64,000 nt of DNA from assembly GCA_009914755.4 (NCBI GenBank), contig CP068257.2:8384001-8448000 (forward strand), given 5' to 3'. Below are positions 13,646 to 28,100 of the stretch, piece by piece (position 1 is the stretch's first letter; each line of letters opens with the position of its first letter). Origin of the DNA: the human T2T-CHM13v2.0 reference genome, Homo sapiens. Both the position numbers and the translations under genes were made by a program. A model generated the notes under the pieces. The model worked only from the letters and a program-made list of their open reading frames with translations, was not told the origin of the DNA and made no database searches.

Positions 13646-13725
13646 GGTGAAATGCATTGTGAGCTAAGATTTTGCCACTGCACTCCAGTCTGGGTGACAA
13701 AGTGAGATCCAAATGAGATAAAGTA
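13646..13725 (+). repeat. Representative copy of the Alu-derived motif fixed in the HSat3 unit (5'-truncated Alu right-arm 3' terminus plus A-tail remnant).
   Basis: 'ggtgaaatgcattgtgagctaagattttgccactgcactccagtctgggtgacaaagtgagatccaaatgagataaag' aligns to the Alu 3' end 'gcagtgagccgagatcgcgccactgcactccagcctgggcgacagagcgagactccgtctcaaaaaa'. Confidence 0.85.
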
Positions 13726-16700
13726 ATCGAATGGAATGCAGTAGAATGGAAGGGAATGGAGTGGAGTGGAGTGGAGTGGAGTGGAGTGGAGTGGAATGCA
13801 GTGGACTGGAGTGGAACGGAGGGGAATGGAATGGAGTAGAGTGGAATGGAATGGAAAGGAACAGAATGGAATGGAATGGAACAGAATAGAATGGAAGGTA
13901 ACAGAATGAAGTGGAGGGGAGAGGAGTGCAGTTGAGTGGAGTGGATCGGAGTGGAGTGGAATGGAATGGATTGAAATGGCATGGAATGGAGTGGAATGGA
14001 ATGGAGTGGAGTGGAGTAGAGAGGAGTGGAGTGGAGTGGAATGGAATGGAATGGAATGCAATGGAATGGTGAAATGTAATGTGAGCTAAGATTGTGCCAC
14101 TGCACTACAGTATGGGTGACAGAGTGACATCCAATAGAAATAAAGGAATGGAATGGAATAGAGTAGAGTGGAATAGAATGGAGTGGAGTGGAATGGAATG
14201 CAGTGGAACGCAGTGGAATGGAGTGTACTGGAATGGAGTAAAGTGGAATTGAGTGGAACAGAAAGAAATGGAATAGAGAGGAATGGAATGGAATGGAGTG
14301 GAATGGAATGAAGTGGAATGGAGCATAATGGAATGGAGTGGAGTGGAATGGAGAGGAATGGAATGGAATGGAATGGAATGGAATGGAATGGAGTGGAATG
14401 GAATGGAACGCAAATCAGTGGAATGGAATGGAGTGGAGAGGAGTGGAGTGGAGTGAAGTGGAATGGAGTTGAATGGAGTGGAACGGAGTGGAATGGAGTG
14501 AAATGGAATGGAGTGGAGTGGAATGGAATGGAGTGGAATGGAAAGGAACGGTACAGAATGAAAAGGAACGGAATGGAACAGAGTGCAGTGGAGTGGAGTG
14601 AGAGGAGTGGATCGGAGTACAGTGGAACGGAATGGAATGGAATGCAGTGGAGTGGAGTGGAGTAATGGAGTGGAGTAGAATGGAGTGGAGTGGAGTGGAG
14701 CAATGGAATGGAGTAGAATGGAGTGGAGTGGAAGGGAGTGCAGTGGAATGGAGTAGAATGCCATGGAATGGAATGGAGTGGAGTGGAATAGAGTGGAATG
14801 GAATGGAATGGAATGAAATAGAATGGAATGGAAGGGAAAGGAGTGGAGTGGAATGGAGTGGAATGGAATGGAATGGAATTGAATGGAATGAAATAGAATG
14901 GAATGGAAGGGAACGGAGTGGAGTGAAGTGGATTTGAGTGGAGTGGATTGGTGTGTAGTGGAATGGAATGGAATGGAAGGGAATGAAATGGAATAGAGTG
15001 GAGTGGAATGGAATGGAGTGGTATGGAGTGGATTGGAGTGGAATGGAGTGTAGTGGAATGGAGTGGAGTGGAATGGAGTGGAACGGAATGAAATGGAATA
15101 GAGAGGAATGGAATGGAATAGAATGGAATGACGAGGAATATAGTATAATGGAGTGGAGTGGAGTAGAATGGAGTTTAGTGGAATGGAGTGGAATGGAGTG
15201 GAATGGAATGGAAAGGAATGGAAAGGAATGCAATTGAGTGGAATGGAATGGAGTGGAGTGGAGGGGAGTGGAGAGGAGTGGAGTGGCATGCAGTGGAATG
15301 GAGTGCTATGGAGTGAAATGGAGTGGAGTGGAGTGGAATGGAATAGAGTGGAATGGAATGGAATGGTACAGAATGGAATGGAAAAGAATAGAAAGGAGTG
15401 GAGTTGAGTGGAGTGGAGTAGAGTGGAGTGGATTGGAATGCAGTGGAATGCAAGGGAATGGAATGGAATGGAGTGGAGTGGCGTGCATTGGAGTGGAGTG
15501 GAGTGGAGGAGAATGGAGTAGAATGGAGTGGAATGGAATGGAGTGGAGAGGAATGGAGTGGAATGGAATGGAAGGAATGGAATGGAACCGAATGGAAGGG
15601 AATGGAGTGGAGTGGAGTAGATTTGAGTGGAGTGGAATAGAGTGCAGTGGAATGGATTGGAATGGAATGGAGTGGAATGGAATGGAATAGAATGGAATGG
15701 AATGGATTGGAGTGGAGTGGAGGGGAATAGAGTGGAGTAGAGAGGAGTGGACAGGAATGGAGTGGAGTGGAATGGAATGGAATGGAGTGGAATGAAAAGG
15801 AATGGAGTGGAGTGGAATGGGCCGGAATGGAGTGGAATGGAGTGGAATAGAATGGAATGGAGTGGAGTGGAAAGGAATGGGGTGGAGTGGAATGGAAGGG
15901 AGTGGATTGGAGTGGAATTGAGTGGAGTGGAGTGGAATGGAGTGGAGTGGAGTGGAATGGAATGGAGTGGAGTGCAGCAGAATATAATGGAGTGGAATGG
16001 AATAGAATGGAGTGGAGTGGAGTGGAGTGGAGTGGAATTGATTGGAGTGCAGTGGAATGGAATGGAATGTAGGGGAGTGGAGTGGAGTGGAATGGAGAGG
16101 AACGAAATGGAGTGCAGTGGAATGGAATGGAACGAAATGGAATGGAATGGATTGGAATGGAATGGAATGGAACGGAAAGGAGTGGAGGGGAGTGGAGGGG
16201 AATGGAGTGGAGTGGAGTTGAGTGCAGTGGATCAGAGTGCAGTGGACTGGAATGGAATGGAATGAAATGGAATGGAGTGGAGTGGAATGAAATTTAATGG
16301 AACGAAGTGGATTGGAGTGGAGTGGAGTGGAGTGTAGTACAATGAAATGGAGAGGAGTGTAGTACAATGGAATGGAGTGGAATGTAGTACAATGGAATGG
16401 AGTGTAGTGTAGTACAATGGAATGGAGTGGAGTGCAATGGAATGTAATGGAATGGAGTGGAGTGGAGTGCAATGGAATCCAGAGGAGTGGAACGGAGTAG
16501 AGAGGAATGGCATGGAATGGAATGGAATGGAATGGAAAGGAATGCAATGGATTGTTGAAATGAAATATGAGCTAAGATTATACCACTGCACTCCAGTCTG
16601 AGTGACAGAGTAAGATCCAGTCGAAATAAACAACTGGAATGGAATGGAGTAAAATCGAAAGAAATGGAGTATACTGGAACAGAATGGAGTGGAATTGAGT

Positions 16701-19700
16701 GGAGTGGAGTGGATTGGAGTGGAGTGGAATGGAGTAAAGTGGAATGGAGTGGAATAGAGTGGAATGGAATGGAATGAAAACAAGTAGAATGGAATGGAAT
16801 GGAATGGAGTGGAACGGAGTTTAGTGGACTTGAATGCAGTGGAGTGGAATGAAGTGGAGTGGAATGGAGTTGAATTGAGTGGAATAGAATGGAATGGAAT
16901 AGAGTGGAGTGGAATGGAATAGAGTGGCATGGAGTGGAGTAGAGTAGAGTGGAATGGAATGGAATAGAATGGAGTGAAATGGAGTGGTGGGGAATGGAGT
17001 GGACTGGAACGGAATGGAGTGGAATGGAACAGAAATGAAGGGAAGAAAATGGAATGAAGAGGAGTGCAGTGGAGTGGAGTGGAGTTGAGTGGAATGGATC
17101 GGAGTGGAGTGGATTGGAATGAACTGGAATGGAATGGAATGGAGTGGAGTGAAGTAGAGTGGAGTAGAGCGGAGTGGAATGGAATGCAGTGGAGTGGAAT
17201 GGAATGGAATGGAACAGAAAGCAATGGAAGGGAACAGAATGGAATGGAACGGAACGGAAAGGAGTGGTGTGGAGTGGAGTGGAGTGGAGTGAAGTGGAAT
17301 GGAGTGTAGTGGAGTGAAGTGGATTGGAGTGGAATGGAGTGGTATGGAGTGGAGTCGAGTGGAATGGAATGGAATGGAACAGAATGCAATGCAACAGAAA
17401 GGAATGGAATGGAATGGAACGGAACACAGTTGAGTGGAGTGGAGTGGAGTTCAGTGGAGTGGAGTGGGGTTGAGTGGAATGGAATGGAATGGAATGGAAT
17501 GGAATGGAATGGTGAAATGGAATGTGAGCTAAGATTGTGCCACTGCACTCCTCTCTGGGTGACAGAGTGAGATCCAGTCGAAATAAAGGAATGGAATGGA
17601 ATGGAGAAGATGGTAATGGAATAGAGTGAAGAGGAATGGAATGGAGTGGCATGGAGTGTAGTGTAGTGGAATGGACTGGAGTGGAATGGATTGCAGTATA
17701 ATGGAGTGGAATTGAGTGGAATGGAATGGAATGGAATGGGGTGGAATGGAGTGGAATGCAGTGGAATGGAGTGGAGTGGAATGGAGGGGAGTTTGGTGGA
17801 ATGGAGTAGAGTGGAGTGAAATGGAATGAAATGGAATGGAGTGGAATGGAATGGAAAGGAGTGGAGTCGAATGGAGTAAAGTGGAATCGAATGGAGTGGA
17901 ATGGAAAGGAACGGAACAGAATGGAAGGCAATAGAACGGAGTGGACTGGAGTGAATTGAATTGGAGTTTTCTGGAGGGGATAGGAGAGCACTGGAATGGA
18001 ATGGAATGGAATGAAGTGGAGTGGAGTGGAATGAAGTGGAGTGGAATGGAGTGGAATGGAATGGAGTGGAGTGGCATGGAAATGAATGGAATGAAAAGGA
18101 ATGGAATTGAACGGAATGAAACGGAATGGAATGGAACAGAATGGAATTCAATGGAACAGAACGTAGTGGAGTGGAGTGGAGTGGATTTGACTGGAGTGGA
18201 TGGGAATGCAGTGGAATGGAATGGAATGGAATCGAATGGAGTGGAATGGAATGGAATGGAATGGAATGGAATGGAATGGAATGGAATGGAATGGAAAGGG
18301 GTGGAGTGGAATGGAATGGAGTGGAGTGGAATCGAGTGGCATGGAATGGAATGGTGAAATGTAATGTCAGCTAAGATTGTGCCACTGCACTCCAGTCTGG
18401 GTGACACAGTGAGATCCAAACGAAATAAAGGAATGGAATGGAATGGAATGGAATGGAGTAAAGAGGAATGGAATGAAGTGGAATAGAATGGAGTGGAGTG
18501 GAATGGAGTGGAATGGACTGGAATGGAGTGGAATGAAATCGAATGGAGCAGAATGGAGTGGAGTGGAGTGGAACGGATTCAAATGGAATGGATTGGAATG
18601 GAATGGAGTGGAATGGTATGGAGTGGAGTGAAGTGGAGTGGAATGGAGTGGAATGGAGTGAAATGGAGTGGAATGGAATGGAATGGAGTGGAATGGAATG
18701 GAGTGGAATGGTATGGAGTGGAGAGAAGTGGAATGGAATGGAGTGGAATGGTATGGAGTGGAGAGAAGTGGAGTGGAATGGAGTGGAATGGAGTGAAATG
18801 GAGTGGAATGGAATAGAGTGGAGTGGAATGGAATGGAGTGGAGTGGAATGGAGTGGAATGGAACGGAACAGAACGGAATGGAATGGAATGGAATGGAGTG
18901 AAATGGAGTGTTCTGGAGTGCAGTGGAATGGAGTGGAATGGAATGGAGTGGTGTGGAATGGAATGGAATGGAGTAGAATGGAATGGAATGGATTGGAATG
19001 TAGTGGAGTGGAATGGAGTGGAGTGGAACGGAGTGAAATGGAGTGGAATGGAATGGAGTTTAGTGTCGTGGATTGGAGTGGAATGGAGTGGAGTGGAACG
19101 GATTGAAATGGAGTGGAATAGAATGGAATTTAGTGGCGTGGAGTGGAGTGGAATGGAGTGGAATGGAGTAGAGTGGAGTGGATTGCAATGCGGTTGAATG
19201 GAATGGAACAGAACGGAATGGAATGGAACAGATTGGAACAGAGTGTAGTGGAGTTGAGTGGAGTGGAATTGAGATGAGTGTATCGGAGCACAGTGGAATG
19301 TAATGTAGTGTAATGTAACGGAATGGAATGGAAGGGAGTGTAGTGGAGTGGAGTTTAATGTAGTGGAGTGGAATGGAGTGTATTGGAGTGGAGTGGAGTG
19401 GACAGGAGTGGAATGGAGTGGAATGGAATGGAATGTGGTGGAATGGAATGGAGTGGAGTGGAATGGAATGAAGGGGAGTGAAGTGGAGTGGAATGGAGTG
19501 GAGTGGAATGGAATGGAGTAGAACGGAACTGAACGGAATGGAACGGACCAGAATGGAATGGAGCGGAGTGGGGTGAAGTTGAGTTGAGTGGAGTGAATCA
19601 TAGTGCACTGGAATGGAATGGATTGGAATGGAATGGAATGGAGTAGAATGGACTGGAGTGGAGTGAAGTTTAATGGAGTGGAGTGGAGTTGAGTGGAGTT

Positions 19701-22700
19701 GTGTGGAATGGAAGGGAATGGGATGGAATGGAATGCAATGGAATGGAATGGAATGGAATGGAATGGAAAGCAAAGGAGAGGAGTGAAGTGGGGTGGAGTT
19801 GAGTGCAGTGTATCAGAGTGCAGAGGAATGGAATGGAATGGAGTGGAGTGGAATGGAATAAAATTGAATGGAGCGGAGTGCAGTGGAGTGGTGTGGAGTG
19901 GAATTGAGTGGAATGGAGTGAAATGGAGTAGAGTGAAATGGAATAGAATGGAGTAGAGTGTAGTAGAATGGAGTGGAGTGGAATGGAATGGAGTGGAATA
20001 TAATGGACTGGAGTGGAATGGAATGGAGTGGAGTGGAGTGGAATGGAGTGGAATGGAGTGGAATGGAATGGATTGGAGTGGAAGGGAATGTATTGGAGTG
20101 GAATGGAATGGAACGGAAAGAAACAGAACAAAGGGGAATGGACTTGAATGGAGTGGAGTGGAGTTGAGTTGAGTGCATTGGAGTGCAGTGGAATGGAAAG
20201 GATTGGAGTTTAGTGGAGAGGAGTGGAGTGGAATGGAGTGAAATGGAGTGTAATGGAACGGAATGGAACGGAACAGAATGGAATAGAGAGGGGTGGCGTG
20301 GAGGGGAGTTGAGTGGAGTGGAATGAAGGGCAGTGGAATGGAAAGGAATGGAATGGAGTGGAGTGGAGTAGAGTGGCGTGTGGTGGAGTTGAGCAGAATG
20401 ATGTCGAATGGAATGGATTGGAATAAAATGGAATGGAGTGTAGTGCAGTGGAGTGGTGTGGAGTGGAATTGAGTGGAATGGAGTGAAATGAAGTGGAGTG
20501 AAATGGAATGGAATGGAGTGTAGTGTAGTAGAATGGAGTGGAGTGGAGTGGAACGGAATGGAGTGGAATATAATGGACTGGAGTGGAAGGGAATGGATTG
20601 GAGTGTAATGGAACAGAATGGAAAGGAATAGACTAAAGGGGAACGGACTGGAATGGAGTGGAGTGGAGTTGAGTGGAGTGGATCTGAGTGTAGTGGAATG
20701 GAATGGATTGGAGTTTAATGGAAAGGAGGGAGTGGAGTGGAGTGGAATGGAGTGTAATGGAGTGGAATGGAACGGAATGGAATGGAACAGAATGGAACAG
20801 AGTGGGGTGGTGTGGAGTGGAGTTGAGTGGAGTGGAACGAAGGGCAGTGGAATGGAATAGAATGGAATGGAGTGGAGTATAGTGGAGTGTGGTGGAGTGG
20901 AGTGGAATGGTGTGGAATGGAATGGATTGGAGTGGAATGGAATGGAGTGGAACGGAATGGAATGGAATGCAATGGAATGGAATTGAAGGGAATGGAATAG
21001 AGTGGAGTGGAGTGGGGTGTAGTGGAGTTGAGTCAAGTGGATTGGAATGCAGTGGAATGGAATGGAATGGAATGGAGTGCAATGGAATGGAATGGAATGG
21101 AGTGGAATGGAATGGAATGGAGTGCAATGGAATGGAATGGAATGGAGTGGAATGGAATGGAATGAAGTGGAATGGAATGGAATGGAGTGGAATGGAATGG
21201 AATGAAGTGGAATGGAATGGAATGCAGTGGAGAGGAGTGGAGTGCAGTGAAATGGAGTGGAGTGGAATGGAATGGACTGGAGTGGAATGAAATGGAATGG
21301 AATGGAGTGGATTGTAGTGGAATGGAATGGAGTGGACTAGAGTGTAATGAAGGATAGTGGAGTGGAATGGAACAGAGTGGAATGGAATGGAGTGGATCGG
21401 ACTGGAATGCAGTGGAGTGCAGTGGAGTAGAGTGGAGTGGAGTGGAGTGGAATGGAATGGAATGGAGTGGAATAGAAAGCAATAGAATGGAATGGTGACA
21501 TGAAATGTGAGTTAAGATTGTGCCACTGCACTGAAGTCTGGGTGAGAGAGTGAGATACAGTCGAAATTAAAGGAAGGAAAGGAATGGATTAAAATGTAAT
21601 GGAATGCAGTGGAGTGGAATGAAATGGAGTGGAATGGAGTTTTGGGGAGTGGAATTTAGTGGAGTGGAATGGAATGGAATGGAATGGAGAGGAATGGAAT
21701 GGAATGGAGTGGAATGAAGAGGAGTGGAGTGAAATGGAGTGCAGTGGAATGGGATGGAATGGAATGGAATGGAATGGAAAGCAATGGAGTGGATAGGCTT
21801 AGAATGGAGTGGAATGGAGTGGAGAGAGGTGGCATGGAGTGGAGTGGAGAGAAGTGGAGTGGAGTGGAGTGGAATGGAGTGGAAGGGAATGGTATGGAAT
21901 GGAATGGAATAGAACGGAATGGAGTGGAGGGGAGTGGATTGGAGTGGAATGGAGTGGATCGGGGTGTAGTGGAATGGAATGGAATGGAGAGGAATGGGTT
22001 GGAGTGCAGTGGAGTGGTATGGAGTGGAATGGAGTGGAATGGATTGGAGTGGAAAAGAATGTAATGGAATGGAACAGAATGGAGAAGAATGGAATGGAAT
22101 GGAATGGAACGGTATGAAACGGAGTGCAGTGGATTGGACTGGAGTGGACTTGAGAGCAGTGGAACGGAGTGCAGTGGAATGCAATGGAATGGAATGGAAT
22201 TGAATGGAATGGAGTGCAGTTGAACGGAATAGAATGGAATGGAGTGGAGTGGAATGGTGTGTATTGGAATAGAGTGCAATGGTTTGAAACGGAGTGGAGT
22301 GGAATGGAGTGGAGAGGAATTGAATGGAGTGGAATCGAACGGAATAAAACAGAATGTAATGGAATTGAATGGAACAGAGTGGAGTGGAGTAGAATAGAGT
22401 GGAACGGAATGGAACAAAATGTAACGGAATTGAAAGGAACAGAGTGGAGTGGAGTGGAATGGAGTGGAACGGAATGGAGTGGAGTGGAATGGAATGGAAT
22501 GGAATGGAACGGAATGGAATGGAATGGAAAGGAACGGAATGCAATGGAGGGGAAAGGAGTGGAGTGGAATGGAGCTGAGTCGAGTACAGTGCAATGGAAT
22601 GCAGTGAAATGGAATGGAATGGAATGGATTGCGGAGGAGTGGAGTGGAATGAAATGGAACAGAATGGGATTAAATGGAGTGGAGTGGAATTGAATGGAGC

Positions 22701-24787
22701 GGAGGGGAATGGAATGGAAAGGAGTGAAGTGGAATGGAATAGAGTGGAGTGAAATGGAATAGAGTGGAGTTTAGTGGTATGGAGAGGAGTTGAGTGGAAT
22801 GGAGTGGAGTGGAGTGGATTGGAATGGAGTGGGGTGGAGTGGAATGGAATGAGGTGGCGGGGAATGGAATGCAGTGGGTTGGACTGGAGTGGAGTGAAAT
22901 GGAATGGAATGAAATGGAATGGAATGGAATGGAACGGAATGGAATGTGTAAATGAAATGTGAGCTAAGATAGTGCCACTGGACTCCTGTCTGGGTGAAAG
23001 AGGGAGAAACAGTCGAAATAAAGGAATGGAATGGAATGGAGTGGAATGAAATGGAAAGGAGTGGAGAGGAATAGAATAGAGTGGAATGGTGTGGAGTGTA
23101 GTGGAATGGTGTGGAGTGTAGTGGAATGGAGTGGAGTGGAGTGGCATGGAATGGAATGGAATGAAGTGGAAAGGAGTGAAATGGAGTGGAATGGAACAGA
23201 ATGGAACGGAACACAACAGAACAGAGTGGAACAGAGTAGAGTGGAGTGCAGTGGATTTGTTTGGAGTGCATCGAAGTGCAAGGAATGGAATGCAATGCAA
23301 TGGAATGGAGTGGAGTGGAATAGAGTGGAGTGGAATGGAGTGGAATAGAGTGGAGTGGAATGGAGTGGAGTGGAATGGAATGGTGTGGAATGGAACAGAA
23401 CAGAACAGAGAACAATGAAAAGAAATGGAACGAAGCAGAGTAGAGTGGAGTGTAGAGGAGTGGAACGGAGTGGCGTGGAGTGGAGTGGAGTGGAGTGGAT
23501 TGGACTGGAATAGAATGGAATGCAACGGAATGGAAAGGAATTGAAAGTAATTGAATGGAACAGAACGGAATGGAGTGGAGTGGACAGGAGTGGAGTGGAG
23601 TTAAGTTGAGTGGATCAGAGTGTAATGGAATGGAGTGGCATGGAATGGAATGGAGTGGGGTGAAGTGGAGTGGAATGGAATGGAATGGAGTCTAGTGGAA
23701 CGGAAAGTAAAGGAATGGAATGGAATGGAGTCTGGTGGAATGGAAAGTAAAGGAATGGGATGGAATGGAACGGAATAGAATTGCAGGAAATAGAACGGAG
23801 TGGAGTGGAGTGGAGTTGAGTGGATTGGATGGGAGTGCAGTGGAATGGAATGGAATGTAGTGGAATGGAAAGGAATGCAATGGAATGCAATGGAATGGAA
23901 GGGAGTGGAGTGGATTGGAATGGAATGGAGTTTAGAGGAGTGGAGTGGAGTGGATTGGAGTGGAGTGGAATGGAATGGAGTGGAGAGGAGTGTAGTGGAA
24001 TGGAGTGGAATGGAATGGTAAGGAATGGAATGGAGCAGAGTGGAGTGGAATGGAATGGAGTGGCATGGAATGGAGTGGAGTTGACTGGAATGCAGTAGAG
24101 AGGAGTGTAGTGGAGTGGAGTTGAGTGGAGTAGAGTGTAATGGAGTAAAATGGATTATAGTGGAATGGAATGGAGTGGAATGGAATGGAACAGAAAGGAA
24201 TGGAATGGATTGGAACAGAATGGAGTGGAGTGGAGTGGAATGGAATGGAGTGGCATGGAATGGAGTGGAGTTGACTGGAATGCAGTAGAGAGGAGTGTAG
24301 TGGAGTGGAGTTGAGTGGAGTGGAGTGGAGTGTAATGGAGTAAAATGGATTATAGCGGAATGGAATGGAGTGGAATGGAATGGAACAGAAAGGAATGGAA
24401 TGGATTGGAACAGAATGGAGTGGAGTGGAGTGGAGTAGAGTTGAGTGGAGAGAAGAGGAGTGCAGTGGAATGGAATGAAATTTAGTGGAATGGAGTGGAG
24501 TGGAATGGAGTGGAATGGAGTGGAATGGAATGGAGTGGAGTGGAATTGAATGGAATGGAATGGAACTGAATGCAATGGAATGGAATGCAATGGAATGGAA
24601 AGGAACGAAATGGAGTGGAGTGGGGTGGAGCAGAGTAGACTTGAGTGGATCGAAGTGCAGTAGAATGGAATGGAATGGAATGGAGTTGAGTGGAATGGAA
24701 TGGAATGTATTGGAATGCAGTGGAGTGGATTGGAGTGGAAGGGAACGGAATGGATTGGAATGAATGGAATAGTGAAATGAAATGTGA

Positions 24788-25112
<325 letters not shown>

Positions 25113-28100
25113 GATTGTGCCACTGCACTCCAGTCTGGTAGAAAGTGTGCGATCCCTTCGAAATAAAGGAATGGAATGGAAAGGAGTGGAATGGGATGGA
25201 ATGGAGTGGAATGCAGTGGAGTGGAGTGGAATGGAGAGGAGTGGAATGGAGAGGGGTGGAATGGAAAGGAGCAGAACAGAATGGAATAGAATGGAGTGGA
25301 ATGGAATGGAATGGAGTGGAAAGGTACTGAGTGGAGTGGAGTGGAGAGAATTGGAGTTGAATGGAGTGGAATGGAGTGAAATTGATTGGAGTGGAATGGA
25401 GTGTAGTGGAATGGAATGGAGTGGAATGGAACGGAACAGAACAGAATGTGACGGAACAGAATGGAACAGAGTGAAGTGGAGTGGAGTGGTGTGGAATGGA
25501 GTGCAATGAAGTTGAATGGAAAGGAGTGGCATGGAATGGAATGGAATGGAACCGACTGGAATGGAATGGAGTGGAATGGAATGGAATGGAATGGAAAGGA
25601 ACAGAGTGGAGAGGAGTGGAGTGGAATTGAGTGGAGTGGATCACAGTGCAGTGGAATGGAATGGAATGGAATGGAATGGAATGGAATGGAATGGAAAGGA
25701 ATTGAATTGAGTGGTGTGGCATGGAATGGAATGAAAAGGAGTGGAGTGGAGTAGAGCGGAGTTGAGTGGAGTGGATCGGAGTGCAGTGAAATGGAATGGA
25801 ATGGAACCGAGTTGGTTGGAATGAAATAGAATGTAATGGAATGGAGAGGACTGGACTGGAGTGGAATGAAGCGGAGTGGAATGGAATGGAATGTAATAGA
25901 ATGGAATGGAGTGGAGTGGAATGGAGTGGTGTGGAGTGGAATCGAGTGGAATGGAATGGAAAGGAGTGGAGTAGAATGGAATGGAATGGAATGGAATGGA
26001 ATGGAGTGGAATGGAATGGAATGGAGTTAAATGGAATGGAGTGGAGAGAAGTGGAGTGGAGAGGAGTGGAATGGAGTAGAGTGGAGTGGAATGGAATGGG
26101 GTGGGGTGGAATGAAGTGGAGTGGAATGGAATGGAATGTAGGAGAGAAATGGAATGGAGTGGAGTGGAGTAGAATGGAATGGAGAGGAATTGAGTGGAAT
26201 GGAGTGAAATGGAATGGAGTGGAGTGGAATGGAATGCAGTGGAAAGGACTGGAATAGAACAGAATGGAATGGAACGGAATGGAATGGATTGGAGTGGAGT
26301 GGAGTGGAGTGGATTGGAGTGGAATGGAGAAGAAATGAATGGAGTGGAGTGGAATGGAATGGAATGGAACAGAAAGAAATGGAATGAAATGGAACGGCAT
26401 GGAATGGAATGGAACAGAATGGAGTGGAGTGGAATGGAGTGGAGTTGAGTGCAGTGGATAGGAGTGCAGTGGAATGGAACGGAATGGAATGGAATGCAAT
26501 GGAATGGAATGTAGTGGAGTGGAGTGGAATGGAATAGAATGGAATGGAATGGAGTGGACTGGAGTGGAGTGGATTGGAGTGGAGTGGATGGTGTGGAATG
26601 GAATGGAATTTATTGGAATGGAATGGAATGGAATGGAGTGGAGTGGAATAGAATGTAACGGAATGGAATGGAATAGAAAGGAATGGAATGGAATGGAATG
26701 GAATGGAATGGAATGGAATGGAAAGGAATGGAATGTTGTGGAGTGGAACGGAATGGAGTGGAGTGGAATGGAATGCACTGGAGTGGATTGGATTGGAATG
26801 GAATGGAGTGGAAAGGAATGGAATGGAATGGACAGGAATGGAGTGGAATGTAATGGAATGCAATGCAATGGAATGGAGTGGAATGTAATGGAATGCAATG
26901 GAATGGAATGGAATGGAATGGAATGGAATGGAATGGAATGGAATTGAGTGGAGTGGAGTTGTCTTGAGTGCAGTAGATCAGAGTGCATTGGAATGGAATG
27001 GAATGGAATCAAATGGAATGGAATGGAAGGGAGTGGAGCGGAATGGAATGGAATGGAATGGAGTACAGTGTAGTGTAGTGTAGTGTAGTGGAATGGAATG
27101 AAATGCAGTGGAGTACAGTAGATTGTAGTGGAGTGGAGTGGAATGCAATGGAATGCAGTGGAATGGAATGGAATGGAGTGGAATGAAATGGAAAGGAGTT
27201 TAATGGATTGGCATGGAATGGTGTGGAATGGAATGGAATGGAGTGGTATGCAACGGAATGGAATGGTATTGGGGTGGAGTGGAGTGGATTGAAATTGAGT
27301 GTAGTGGATCGGAGTGCAGTGGAATGGAATGGAATGGAATGGAATGCAATGAAATGGAATGGAATGGAACGGAATGCAACGGAGTGGAGTGAAGTGGAGT
27401 GGAGTTGATGGCAGTGGATCAGAGTGCAGTGGAATGGATTGGAACGGAATGGAATGGAATGGAGTGGAGTGGAATGGAATGGAATGAAGTGGAATGCAAT
27501 GGAGTCGAGTGGAATGGAGTGGAGTGGAGTGAAATGGATGAAATGGAGTGGAGTGGCGTGGAGTGGATTGGAATGGAATGGAACCGAATGGAATAGATAG
27601 GAAAGGAATGGAACGGAAAGAAATGGAGTAGAGTGGAGTGCAGTGGAGTGGAGTGGAGTGAAGTGGAGTGGAATCGAGTGGAATGGAGTGGAACAGAGTG
27701 GAGTGGAGTGGAACAGAGTGGAGTGGAGTGGAGTGGAGTGGAGTGGAGTGGAATGGAGTGGAACAGAGTGGAGTGGAATGGAGTGGAATGGAGTTTTGCG
27801 GAGTGGAGTGGAGGGAATGGAGTTGAGTGGAATGGAGTTTAGTGGAAAGGAATGGAATGGAATGGAAGGGAACGCAACTGAGTGGAGTGGAGTGGATTAG
27901 AATTGAGTGAAGTGTATCGGAGTGCAGGGGAATGGAATGGAATGGAATGGAATGGAATGGAATGGAATGGAATGGAGTGGAGTGGAGTGGATTGTAGTGG
28001 AAAGGAATGGAGTGGAGTGGAATGTATTGCAGTGCAGTGGAGTGAAATATAATGGAATCTAGTGGCATGGAATAGAATGGAGTGGAATGAAATGGAATGG